Shown here: positions 1 through 12,740 of the stretch, piece by piece
Layout of the letters: every line of letters begins with the position of its first letter
Position numbering within the stretch: position 1 is the stretch's first letter
From: Callorhinchus milii
Lineage: Eukaryota
Direction: 5' to 3'
Assembly (NCBI RefSeq): GCF_018977255.1
Contig: NW_024704743.1
Location: 44,580,001 to 44,644,000, forward strand
DNA length: 64,000 nucleotides
Notes under the pieces: model-generated
The model's input: the letters and a program-made list of their open reading frames with translations, nothing else
The model's database searches: none
Told to the model about the DNA's origin: nothing
Program-made: the position numbers and the translations under genes

Positions 1-188
1 TATTTTGGTCACTCAATTCATGAGTGTTTGTGGGAAACTGCTGTACGCAATTGGCCACCACGTTTTGCGGCTGCCACGTTTTGCCCACAAAATAGTCAAT
101 TCACTTTAAAGTATATCCTATGAAGCACTTTGAGACGTCTTGAAGACATGATAAGGCGTGATATCAAATGCAAGCATTATTATTATCA
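1..188 (+). mobile_element. 3' part of older Deu-type SINE
   Basis: Diverged copy of the SINE 3' half ending atcaaatgcaagcattattattat. Confidence 0.8.
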
Positions 189-693
189 TTTGTCAAAATG
201 TTAAGATTGCCATAAAGCAAATACTTTGAACTCAGAATGTCTAAACATTCTTTACAGCTTTTCAAAGTAAATAACACTTCAAAATTCTTGTGTTGTTTCT
301 AATTTTAAAAATTCCAAACAAGAATACTTAAGCACATTTTAATTCTTTGCATCCTTCTCTCGAGAAATCCAAATGAAAACTTTCTTGTGATTTAAAAGAA
401 AAGATTACTGTAAATACAACAACAACAACAACAACAACAAGATTCCATTTATAGAGCGCCTTTCATGTCGGGAGGACGTCACACAAATCACACAAGTTCA
501 AGTTGATTAATGGATTGAGACATTCAAAGCAAATTACTTTATACGATCACATCTATAGACATTAGCAATCTAGAAGATCAGGAATGTATAACTTGTATTG
601 CTAGTCTGTATGAATAGAATGAACCCTTAGCCCACCCACAGTCTGAGAAATTGGTGCGTGGTGCAACCAGAGTGGTTTTAAAGCACTACCTTT

Positions 694-1030
694 GTGGAGT
701 CCTGTAGCTCAGTGGTTAGAGCACTCGCTTTTGCAAGTGAGAGACCTGAGTTCAATTCCAGGCAGAGGGCAAAAAGTTGGGCAAGTTTCCTTACTCCACA
801 CAGAGCCTAATAATAATCCCTCCAAAACCAAAAACAATAATAAATTGGTCATTTTCAATCTACGACTGTTTGTGGGACATTGCTGTGCGCAATTGGCTGC
901 CGCGTTCGCCCACAAATATACAGTCAATTCACTTTACAGTGTGTTCTGTGAAGCGCTTTGGGACATCCTCCCGACGTGAAAAGCGCTATATCAAATGCAA
1001 GGATTATTATTATTATTATTATTATTATTA
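694..1030 (+). mobile_element. Young tRNA-derived SINE with Deu-like 3' domain and L2-type tail, full length
   Basis: A box TAGCTCAGTGG, B box GAGTTCAATTC, (TAT)n tail. Near-identical to copies at 11169, 17430, 59342, 61112 and 62191. Confidence 0.92.
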
Positions 1031-1309
<279 letters not shown>

Positions 1310-1999
1310 CTAGAAAACCAGCAGGAAGGAATCAGTGAACACCTTCAAACAATAGCTCTCGAGAAGCAACATGATTAATCATGATGCACTATTAATGTGT
1401 GAGTACGTGCACATTGTGTGTACAAAGAGAAAATTAAAGTAAATCGTCTGAATACACAAAACAATTAAGGGAGACATTGAGCTACATGTCGCCATATGTA
1501 TACACCTGTAGTGAACATTGAGCAAGTGTTTGTATAATTAGTCACAAGGAAAACGATCTAAACACATGTTTTGGATGATAAAGAAAATCACTTTTCCTTG
1601 CTCCTTCACTCCCTATATTACAATCTCAAAAATTGTGACTTAAATCAAAATTCTCAAATCGCTCTCCACCCCCCACCCCCACACCCATTCATCCCATCTT
1701 GGTGACCCTATTGTTTTCGGAAATGGCGGCGAGATGTTCATCTTACGCGAAAGACCCCATGTAAGTGCAAGTTGTTGTGCTATTCATATGATGAGAGAAA
1801 GGACTGATTATTTATTTTCCTGTGCCCATCTCCTGAAGATAATCCCAATTTATAAACAAATATTGTACAAAGAACGAAGGAGAAGATAAGTATTTAATAT
1901 TTTACATTTTCTACACATCTATTAGAACTATACCAAATCATGTAACTTGTTGTGCACGAACTTCCTGCAGTTGAATATTGACAAGTTAGAAGCCATTCA

Positions 2000-2690
2000 C
2001 CTTGACCCCCGTCAATGTCTTCGCTCCTGCGATTCTGACCTCCTCAACCGCCCCGGCCTCTCACTATGACTTATCAAACGTGTGTAATTTACTCGTAAGG
2101 ATCAATACCCAGCTGTCGTTCCTCCCCACATCCGGTTCCTGACCAGAACTGCTTTCCTCCATCTCTGTCACATTGCCTGCCTCCGACCGTACCTCACATT
2201 CAACACAGCCAAAACCCTCGTCAACGCTTTCGCCACCTCACGCCTCGACTAATCCATTGCCCTCTTCACTGGTCTCCCCAGTTCCACTATCCACCAAACA
2301 ACTAATTCAAAACTCTGCCGCCTGTACACTCTAAACTCCAAACCCCTATCACACCAATCCTTACCAGGCTCCACTAGCTCCCTATTATAGCATGGATCAA
2401 CTTCAAGAGCCTCACACGCATCTACAAATCCCTTCTCCCCAGGCACTTCCCTAACTCTCTGACCTGCTTATACTCCACAACACCACCCGCTGCACTGCTT
2501 GGCTGGCTCCGGCCTCCTGGTTGTGCCTTGTCCCCTCCTTTCCATAATCGGTGGCCTTGATTTCAGCCATTACGCTCCAAGCTTTGGAACTCACCTCGCT
2601 CCAGTTCGGCGCAAGGCTACACCACTGCTAAGCGCTCTGAGATGCTCCCCTGCGTGAAGGGTGCTATTTAAACACTAACTCTGGTTGGTG
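2000..2690 (+). mobile_element. L2-clade LINE 3' fragment, degraded
   Basis: Remnant RT C-terminal region (ctcgtcaacgctttcgccacctcacgcctcgactaa, like LVxAFxTSRLDY) and an L2 tail. Confidence 0.75.
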
Positions 2691-2863
2691 TAGACTGATT
2701 TTTCCCTGACTCCCCCGTGCCCGCTACAATATCTGAGGCTCACATTCATGACGTTAATTAAAAACAAACATTTTGATGTGAAAGCAATCTAAAACAACCC
2801 ACTTTTTGATCCTTGCATTACACTGTGATTGGTGTAAGCTTGAAGTTCCATGTGATAGCTTCA

Positions 2864-3175
<312 letters not shown>

Positions 3176-3852
3176 TTAAATGAAATGTCTTTTTTGGTAT
3201 TTCATATCTTTATTATAAATAATAATAAACTGAGAAAGGACCTTCGTTTAACATTTCATCAGAAATGCAGCACTTCTAACATTGCAGTGCTCCCCTAGAA
3301 CTGGCACTAAACTGTGTGAATTTCAAGTCCCATTGAGGGGTTTGAACCCACAACCTTAAAATTTATAGGTGAGAGTGCTATGGACTGACCCAGGTTGATA
3401 CCTGGGCATAACACTATTGGGATCATTGTATGATGTGTTAAACAATGAATAGAGCAGACCCTGTAACACTAATAATAATAATCCTTGCATTTGATAAAAC
3501 ACTTGATCATAAGTAGTAGCCAATTGCACACAGCAGTGTCCCAGAAACAGTCGTGGATTCAGTGACCACATTTTTGGGGGGTCACTCCTTCGGATCAGCT
3601 AAACTTAGTTTAGACTGAAGATCAATCCTGGGACCTTCCACTTTGTTTGGCTCAATTTCACTCCAGGAAAAGGGTTTGTGAGCCGACAGACAAAATAAAA
3701 GCAAAGAAGCATTCTTTCAAATTTCAAACGCAGCGCAATGTTTATTACTTTGTTCTTGGTTTATGAAATAGTTTTTAGAAAGGAAACACAGCCAAGAACA
3801 TGACTAAATAAAGTAAATGGGTTTAGTTTTCACTTGCCTTACAAAGGCTTAC

Positions 3853-4058
3853 CAGAAATTTACGCTTCTGCTTCCAATGATTTCCTTGGGCGTTGGTTGC
3901 CATATGCGCCTCTGTTACAACTCTAATAAGTTCCCACTCCTCTTGTGAAGGCTCGGGTTTGGTTACAAGGTGTTTTATCACTTCTTCTCGGCGCCTCTTT
4001 TCTCGGTTTTCCTCTATTAGCTTGCGTTTTGCTAACCGTTTGCCATCATCCAGCACCA
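3853..4058 (-). CDS. THRB: THRB hinge exon ([25 protein letters not shown]...[15 protein letters not shown]), 206 bp
   Basis: Acceptor TGTGCAATAG, donor GTAAGC, phase 1/0. [17 protein letters not shown] and HWKQKRKFL are TRbeta-type. Confidence 0.97.
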
Positions 4059-4751
4059 CTATTGCACAAAGACACAAACACAAAGGACAACTGTTTTACT
4101 TCTGCATTTCTAGATCAGTTCTTTCCTACAGTTGTTGCTGCATTTAACCAAATGAGAAAGTAATTGCTAAAAGTTCCTCAACAAATATCGTGGTTTTGAA
4201 CCTAGCATTTATTCTCAAACCTTTGATTTTCAAAATAGACACAAATAAAAAAAATAAATACCACAATTCATGTAGCTTTGTGATGACGTGACATTTGGGA
4301 TCCGTAAAATTCCATCTCTTGTTATAGCGAGGCATGATAGACGGTTTTACTGTGCGTGGGAGGATGTCAAAATGTCTGATTTTCGGGTCAGTGGGTCGCC
4401 ACAACATCATTTCCTGTTTTCTGTGTGTGCGCAAAGTGGGAAGTGATGTTGACAGTGACCTGATGAGCCAGAAGCTTGTTATTTTTGTGCCCCCCAAATT
4501 AACCGCAACATGTGAAAGAGGCGCATGTGAACACTAATGAATGAGGGATTGTGTTATGTTTTTATAATTAGGGAAAGAACCTGTTCCAATGATGCTGTTA
4601 TTCAGTTTATTCCAAATACATTGGATTCTCAATATAATGTAGTGTTTGGGGTCCATAAAATCCCATCCCCTATTGTTGCAAGGTGCAATAGTCATTTTCA
4701 CTGTGTATACACGCAGCTGGCCAGCTTGTTCACTGTCTGCTGGCTGGTTCA

Positions 4752-5148
4752 CCTTCAAGATCCTTTCATTCGTTTTAAAATCACTTCCTTCCCTCGCACC
4801 TCCCTATCTATCCAACCTGCTTACCCCCCACTCCACCACCTGTTGGCTCTGCTTGGCTGGCTCCAGCCTCCTGTTTGTCCCTCGTGTCCTCCGTTCCACC
4901 ATTGGTGGTCGTGCCTTCAGCCACAACACCCCGAAACTTTGGAACCCCCTCCCTCAATCCCTCCTCCTTGCCTCCTCCCTTCCCACCTTCAAATCATATC
5001 TAAAGACCTTCCTTTTTGATCGTGCTTACGGTCATCTCCCCCCTCCCTCTTCCCCTGGCTCGTTGACAAACTGTGAAGTGTTCCGTGACACTAAACCATG
5101 TTAACCATGTGAACATGTGAAGGGCGCTATATAAATGCAAGTTGTTGT
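4752..5148 (+). mobile_element. L2 LINE 3' fragment
   Basis: ORF remnant FKIL...LAPPYLSNLL...IGGRAFSH..PKLWN.LP..FKSYLKTFLF, followed by gcgctatataaatgcaagttgttgtt. Confidence 0.85.
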
Positions 5149-5487
5149 TCCTGCGCTAAATGAAAAAAAATGCTTCTGGGCATCATTTCCTGAATGCTGC
5201 AGTCAACGATGTGGGGCTAGCACCCACAGCTTTCTGACTCAGAGGTGAAAGTGCTACAAACTGAGCCAGGCTGACACACAAAAAGAAAGTGCAGTGAATG
5301 GGTTCCATAATCCAACCATGTTTGAGCCAAACTCGTACTGTGAAGAGATGCCTTATAATGTGGCTGTACTATACAATGTTCTTGTGAACAGCCTGCACAC
5401 AAAGAGCAGTAATGGTCTGAAGCAAACGGCAGAGTAAGAGATCACAAAGAGTGATGGGGCTAAAAAACAGAAGTATCTGAAAGATCA

Positions 5488-5652
<165 letters not shown>

Positions 5653-6141
5653 CTAGAAACCAGGAATAAGAACAACATGTTTTTTTAGGCCACCTTATGT
5701 TACATTGTAATATTTAAATTAAATACTTAGGGAATGCTTAGATTAACACAGGGAAATACCAACAGTGGCACTCAATATAAGGTTGGAGTCCATTAAAATC
5801 CCAACCCACTTTATAACTGGGCCACTAAAGCTGGTTGTCAGTCCTACATTCACTGTGCATGCACACAGCTAGCCAGCTAAACTCCCGAGTGCTGGCTCGT
5901 TCCCACACCTAACCATGTCTGACTTCCAAGACATCAGATACTGCCTCCACTTCTCATGCCCGCCAGGCAAAGAGGATGTTGTGGCTGTTGACACCTTATG
6001 CTCATGGTGAGAATAAAACGTAGAAACAAATACAGCCGAATATTTGAAAAGAACAATGCAGCAATGAGAAAATAAAGACTAAAAGACTATTGACACAAAT
6101 GGTGGGAAATCTTACCAGCGTCTTGATTTACTCTATTTACT

Positions 6142-6298
6142 TAGCATTTTAGAGTCTCCAGAATGTAGCAAATTGTTGAATTCAGTTTTAACTTTGAAGT
6201 CAGATTTCTGTAGCTCTTTAAAGAATTCATAGGAACATAGCGTCAAAAATAAGGCCATATCTAAGAATTTGTCAAATTCTGGATGCTCTGAAATGCTA
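6142..6298. repeat. Inverted repeat / MITE-like hairpin
   Basis: TAGCATTTTAGAGTCTCCAGAAT pairs with ATTCTGGATGCTCTGAAATGCTA; arms extend to about 40 bp. Confidence 0.7.
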
Positions 6299-6814
6299 CA
6301 TAAACAGAGCACATCTAGACCTGGGTAGAATTTCTTCCCATATAAGTACCAAGTGCTCTGCAGTTTCATTGACAGAATGGTTTTGAAAGCACCACAGCAT
6401 GAAACAAAAATGCGACAGGAGGCCCTGAAATTCAGTGACTCTGGATAATTAGGACACAGACTTTTTTTTAATGTACGCTTTTTTCCTTTCCTACTTTTAG
6501 GAAGCAAAACAGTAAAACAGTAATGTTAACAACAACAAAATTACATTTGTAAAGCGGCTTTCATGTCGGGAGGATGTCCCAAGGCGCTGAACTGTCATGG
6601 ATCAGGACCCGAGTGTTAAGACACAAAGCAACATGACTAATGTTGATATTCAAAGTAGAAGACTAGTTAGTTTTGGGGAAAATGCAACCAACGTGTACTT
6701 TTTAATCACTACCCTAAAGCTGGGCTAGAGCAGACGCATGTACTTTGGTGAAAGAAATTTCTGGGTACCGATGGCTCTACAGGATGGTGGAATTTGTTCG
6801 ACTTTTTTTTTTAC

Positions 6815-6915
6815 CTTGCAGCCTTCACAGGTGATGCAGCGATAGTGATATCCTGTGGCTTTGTCACTGCACACAACACAGAGTTCGTCCTTGTCCAAAT
6901 AGCTTGGTATGTAAC
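6815..6915 (-). CDS. THRB: THRB first zinc-finger exon ([34 protein letters not shown]), 101 bp; first exon common to all isoforms
   Basis: Acceptor TTTTGTAG, donor GTAAAA, phase 1/0. P-box CEGCKG; LDKDEL is TRbeta-type. Confidence 0.97.
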
Positions 6916-9829
6916 CTACAAAACGACACAATTGATAACATTCAGTTTTACAAAAAGACTGTCCATCATTAGAGCAATAACAGATGGTAACAGTGAAGCT
7001 CACATAGTCTGCTTGTAAAATCCAACGCTCAGCCACCTGGCCATGAAAAAAAAATTATGGAATAGTATTTGTAGAACAATGCATTGTTACAATACATTCA
7101 TAAGAATTTTCTACAACACTAATAATAATAAACATAACAATCATACATTTATAAACAGAATATCTCCTCTCTTTGATTTGCTGTGAGGCTCCATTGTGAA
7201 CGGAACATGGGTAGTTCTACCCCCAATGGGCCTGTCGTGCAGACCTGTCCCAATTCAGCACTTCACTGCTGCAGACTTCGCTCAGACGCCTCAGGATAGC
7301 TGGTGTGAGAAATGGGAAGCATCAGTAGAGGGTGCGCTTCTGAGGTTGGAGCAGAGCAGAGGGTGGTTTACACAAGGTCACAAAAGAGTTTAGGATGAAG
7401 AAGGTGGATCTCATCCTTCCACCCTCCCATCACAGCATCAAGCAGTTTCTTAAATGTGTCCTTAACCATTCTTCCTGATAAGTGAGTGATACCGACACTG
7501 CACGCATGAAATGGAAGAGTGTCATTTCTAATAATGTAATGTACTTCAATTTCAGCACGAAAAGTATCCATTCCCCCCAAAAAAAATCCCCGAAAAATGC
7601 TTATATTAGCCTCTAATCTGAATGTTGCAGCTACTTTTTGGGAAGTGCTGTCAATGTGTTCTGACATTTCACATAACACTCCAGTGACTGCTCCACTCAA
7701 TAAATTATAATTAGTGCAATTCACACAAAGGAAGGTGTCAAACCATTTGTAACACTACACATTTTGATTTTCAATGGAGAATTTCCCATGAAAAAGGAAT
7801 TTCATTTGTCATTTTTTTTAAAATCAGGAAACATACACAATATTTGTCCAAAAAATAAAGAAAACTGATTATTTCACCTAGTGAAATGCTAGTGATTTTT
7901 TTACACTTAAAAATGACCTGGGCTCACAGCTGCGTATACCTGCGGTAGTTGAAAGTCAAAGAACATGTGTTTACTAGTAAATACCTGTTATTTACACAAC
8001 AGACATAACAATTATAAAACTAACGATTAGCTCATTCCAAGTAACTCACTGAACTTGACAGGGCTTATTGAGTCATTTTTCAGAAGTCTCGAAAAACAAA
8101 TTTTACATTAAATATGCTGAAACCACAATAAATAAAAGCAATAAATATGCTTTTAGCATTAAATATGCTAAAAATTCTCTGGGACGCTACCCTGTATGAG
8201 GTGCGTTACATAAATGCAAGTTGTTTTTGTAACCTAAGATTACAAAAGAATTTAATCACTGATGAACTAGTGCGTGTATGTATGTACATATGTCCACGTA
8301 TGTCTTTACTCGTGCAATTAGAGCCCATTATAACGAGTTTCTGTATAGTAGGGGTAAGTTTGTAGTGTGGATTTTTTTGTAGTGTGGGTCTGGGTGAACA
8401 CTTCCAGCTTCCAATGCTGACTGGCTAGTACTTTGTGTAAGGTGTACAGATACAGAAGGCCTCCCAAAGTCGCCTCCCAGAGACACCAGCATGTGACAAC
8501 TGCTGGGGATGCGTGAGAGCGGTTATGACTGACGGGTCAATATAGTAACAGGGGCTTAGCTATAGTGTGTCTACACAGTTCATTATAGTTCTTGTATTGT
8601 TTGCAAGAAAATCAGAACTATTCTTTGTTGCTTTTTGATCTTGGTAACGCAAAAATTTGCAGTGGCACATTTGTTAGATGTGCTCAGTGGGGTTCTAATG
8701 TATTTAACAATAGTAGGAATTGGATTAAACTAGATAACATGAACAGCAGCTACAGTATAAGAACCACAGCAGGGTTTATGTTCATCAGCTTTGGTTCATC
8801 CTTTCTATACAGTGGAAAGTCATTTCATTTTTTGGCATGAAACATCTAATGTACATCTAATGTACAGCAAGGCTCACCTCACCCACTGAAAAAGTCCTTA
8901 TGTAAGAAATGAACCAGCTTATTAAATTAGATACAGCCATTTTAGATGGGTAACGTACCTGCATTGATTCTTAAACCTCTCAATACCCTTCAATATATTT
9001 AACTCACAAATCAAGAACACATGCAGTAATCGAGCATACATAAGCAGTCACCACACACATGACTGTAGTTCAGTCTCTGTTGGAAGCTTGTGACAATTCA
9101 CATTTGCTGCTCTAAGTTAATATTGAATTGATTGATATGCACTTTGTTTTATTTCGGGCCATTGTAAAATAATAAAACTGCTTCTTCAGTTGAAGCCTTA
9201 CTAAAGTTGGGGTGGGTGGTTGTGTTGAGATACACAATAAAATACAGTAGTCGCACTTTTGAGATATCAAGAGGAAAGAAATAACTGCAACCTTCCTCAC
9301 CAGCTCTTTATTCCAACGCACACTCTGGGGTCCCCAAGCTTGGTTCTTCCAAACCTCCACCTAATACTCTCCGGAATTAGGTAAGCAATGGTGGGGCAGG
9401 CAAGGTAGGGGACGTGAAGCAGGCTGGAGCCCGCTGAGCAGAAGGAGCGAGCAGGATGATAGGGGCTTAGGAAGTCGCATAAGTAGGGGGGAGCAAGGCT
9501 GATATATAAAAACACATCTGCTGGAGAGGCATAACTTAGGAGTTAAAAAAATTTACAATATGGCTGAGAAACAGAATTTTCACTGAAAATTCCCAAACCC
9601 AAGTCACTGAAAATCAAAACCTTGAAGTCTCTACAGTTAACTGGTTTTGATGAGAAATGGTGACCTTAGAATTGAAACAAGACGCCTCTCCAGGGCTTAA
9701 TGTAACATTATTTGTAGTAACACGCTGTCTGACATTCTTTCCGTGCAAACCAAGGATGAGTATACAGAAATACCATTGACATGAAAGGGTTCCATTTACT
9801 GCGGTTAGCTCTTTATTGCCAGGTTGGAT

Positions 9830-10303
9830 TCTTTCTTTGTGTTAGCCGGATGTGACTGTGCACGTATGCAAAAGTCTCAAATGGGAATCACGACGTGAAA
9901 GAAAAATGAGCATAAACTGGAATACAATGTTTTTAAACTAAAGGTTTTAGTGAATATATTTTATCTAATACTATTATATACTCACTGTCTTTTTGTAGAT
10001 TGCAGACTTTGTTCCAGTTGATTGTCTAAACTTTTATTCACTTATAACATAAACCGCTGTCTATAAATTCTTAAGGCATAAAGACTCAATAAAGACATTA
10101 TTTCCCATTCTAATTTTTTTGATTGTTTTGTTTGAACATTGATTATTGCTAGACACATCAGGTTATCATTGTGAAACACAAAATATTTTGTGATTGTGGT
10201 ATTAGAACAACTATCTTTCTTTGTGCTAGCCTGGTGTGACTGTGCACTTCAACGCACATATGCAAAAAGTCTCAAATGGGAATCACGACGTGAGAAAAAA
10301 ATG
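9830..10303. repeat. Direct duplication of about 80-90 bp (9830-9908 and 10214-10303)
   Basis: Shared tctttctttgtg.tagcc...tgtgactgtgcac...tatgcaaaagtctcaaatgggaatcacgacgtga. Confidence 0.85.
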
Positions 10304-10584
10304 TTTAACGTGCAACATCTTCAGAATGCGGTTACGACTGAAAAGTGAAGAGTTAGGCTTGCAGTCTGTGTTGTGTAGCTAAACAAGTCATTCTCACTGA
10401 TTCTCTGAGTTCATGCCAATCCTAAAAGGTTCCCCTTGAACTAAAAGCAACACTGAACCAATCTTTTGACTTAAAGAGATCAGAGCGCTTTTGGATTTAT
10501 ATTTCACAGTTACCTTCAAACAATTAAAATCAATTGGATTTTGCTTATTTTGTAATAAGAAAATAAGAAATGCTAAATGAAAAA

Positions 10585-10945
10585 AGACCAAGGTCCATCT
10601 AGTTCGCCTTCCACCTTCCTGGTGGTCGCATGCACATATGTCCCCAACTACCTATGTACTATATCCAATAATGTTGCTTCCTAAAAGAAAACTGTCTAAT
10701 CTGTGTTTGAAAGAATCAACACTTTCTGCTTCAACAGGTTCACTATTCACTCACTGAAATAGTGTTTGCGAAGATTTGTTTTGAATTTACCCCCTTCAAT
10801 CGTAGGCTGTGTTGTCTGGTTTTACTATTCTGGATAAGTTGAAACAGCCTGTCATGATCTATGTCGTTTAGCCCCTTTAGAATCTCAAAGACAGCATTCA
10901 TGTCGCCTCTCAATCTTCTCTTTTCCAGCGTGAACATGCCCAATA
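10585..10945 (-). mobile_element. CR1 LINE 3' fragment
   Basis: ORF GMFTLEKRRLRGDMNAVFEILKG is a typical CR1 ORF2 C-terminus. Confidence 0.85.
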
Positions 10946-11168
10946 CTTTTATAATAATATATTACAGAACACTGCTATATTGTATATTATATATATAATA
11001 TATGAATGTACAATGTTAATTTGGTCACTCAATCCACGACTGCTGTGAGCAATTGGCTGCTGCATTTCGCCCACAAAATATAGTCAATTTACTTTACAGT
11101 ATATTCTGTGAAGCACTTTGAGATGTCCAGAAGACCTGAAAAGGTGCTATGTCAAATGCAAGGATTAT

Positions 11169-11494
11169 AATAATAATAATAATAATCCTTGCATTTGATA
11201 TAGCGCTTTTCACGTCGGGAGGACGTCCCAAAGCGCTTCACAGAACACACTGTAAAGTGAATTGACTGTATATTTGTGGGCGAACGCGGCAGCCAATTGC
11301 GCACAGCAATGTCCCACAAACAGTCGTAGATTGAAAATGACCAATTTATTATTGTTTTTGGTTTTGGAGGGATTATTATTAGGCTCTGTGTGGAGTAAGG
11401 AAACTTGCCCAAGGTTTCGCCCTCTGCCTGGAATTGAACTCAGGTCTCTCGCTTGCAAAGCGAGTGCTCTAACCACTGAGCTACAGGACTCCAC
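11169..11494 (-). mobile_element. Young SINE, full length, inserted tail-to-tail into an older + strand SINE (about 11018-11168)
   Basis: Reverse complement of the 694-1030 element; abuts the aaatgcaaggattat tail of the older copy. Confidence 0.92.
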
Positions 11495-11847
11495 ATTATT
11501 ATATATGAAAGAATATTGACTTAAATAAAATATTTAATTATATTTAGTTACATTAGAATAGCGAATATTTCAACATTACAAATAATTTTAAGCAACTTAC
11601 ACAAGTCCCCTCCAGTATGCACACAGATCACATGCACACAAACCAGGACACACAGATTATAAATCCACAGATTTATGATCTGTCATTCAGTCAACAGCAA
11701 TATACAAGCATCAGCTTTGGTATTGTGCATTTGAGAACTACACCTAAACAGAGGAGATTCACATGCATAACACTTCAACTGCTGGTCTATTCTGAACATA
11801 ATAAAAAGGAACAGAAGATTCAAAGCAGCTCTAAGACTAAAGCATAC

Positions 11848-12163
11848 CTTTTTTGAAGGTTGATGACTGGTCTTGATAATAAACATCTGTTTCATCTGTA
11901 AAATACTCAGCTTGGCAAAGGCTGTTCATACTTGAGTCCATGTTACAATAGTCGTTCTTGAACAGGTTTCCAGGGTAACTTGAAGGCTGGTTTGCTACCC
12001 AGGTGGGGTCCATGCAAATGTTGCTATTGTGCAGAGTCTGAGCTTCATAACTGTTGTAAACTTGGTTACCCCCTGAATACATACAATAACTGGGAGGCTG
12101 CATACAGTAATCATTACTGGCTTCTATTGTTCCATCATACCTTTCCTGCATACAGTAGTTCAT
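11848..12163 (-). CDS. THRB: TRbeta2-specific N-terminal (A/B) exon, 105 codons + 1 nt (MNYCMQE...SYPGNLFK...EYFTDE...FKK-G)
   Basis: MNYCMQE, NQP..SYPGNxFK and EYFTxE match mammalian TRbeta2 as recalled. ATG has A at -3. Donor AAG/GTATGC in phase 1 joins exon 6915 to give KKGYIPSY. Confidence 0.93.
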
Positions 12164-12440
12164 TTTAACCTAACTTTGGATGCCGTAATTTCACACACCT
12201 CAAAATAGATCTATGTTAACTATCTTCTCTTGATGAATAGATGAACATAACACATTGGTTTTACAATACACGTTTGCATATCATATCTATCATGAGGATA
12301 AGACAACATGTATTGCCGTACGTACAAAATCCGTTTTATATTCAGATGCTACTAACGCCCCCCCATCCCCCCCCTCCCCGCACCAATTAAACAAATGAAG
12401 AAACAGATTTATGACAAGCCAAAGGTCTTAATCTGTGACA
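12164..12440 (-). promoter_or_regulatory. Candidate TRbeta2 5'UTR and proximal promoter
   Basis: Directly upstream of the beta2 ATG. TATAAAA at 12334-12340 (minus), Pit-1-like TATTCAT at 12233-12239, octamer-like ATGCAAAC at 12272-12279, OTX/CRX-type TAATCT at 12429-12434. Confidence 0.55.
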
Positions 12441-12704
12441 GGGGCTAATTCTTTGGAGAGTGGACAGACATGTAGACACTACCACTGGACAGACAGCTCA
12501 TGGACAAACAACAGTGTCTGTAGCGCTGGGTGGGTCCCACAGAATTGTTGCCTAAAGCACATGAGGGTGCAGAAACAATAAAACTTTTCCTGTTCGTTTT
12601 CAATAAAATTCACTCAGCAGCACAAGCACAACCAACAATGAGCTGCAGTTGATATATGTAGAGTTTTTTTAAAAAAGAAATTTAGGTTTGTTATTATTTG
12701 CCAT

Positions 12705-12740
12705 CATTTAATCCATTATCAGCCATATTGATTTTTTGAA
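12705..12740. promoter_or_regulatory. Composite OTX2/CRX + ONECUT site (ThrbCRM1-like candidate enhancer)
   Basis: TAATCC at 12709-12714 and TATTGATTTT at 12726-12735 lie within 30 bp, about 550 bp upstream of the beta2 ATG, in repeat-free sequence. Confidence 0.6.

Noticed and set aside
696..772. tRNA gene (Ala-TGC-like arm in the SINE heads)
   Set aside because: A/B boxes and an anticodon-like stem are present, but there is no proper acceptor stem and it runs straight into the SINE body in every copy.
6112..6140. Possible micro-exon with donor CTG/GTAAGA on the minus strand
   Set aside because: The nearest AG gives 17 nt, would frameshift the DBD, and lacks a polypyrimidine tract.
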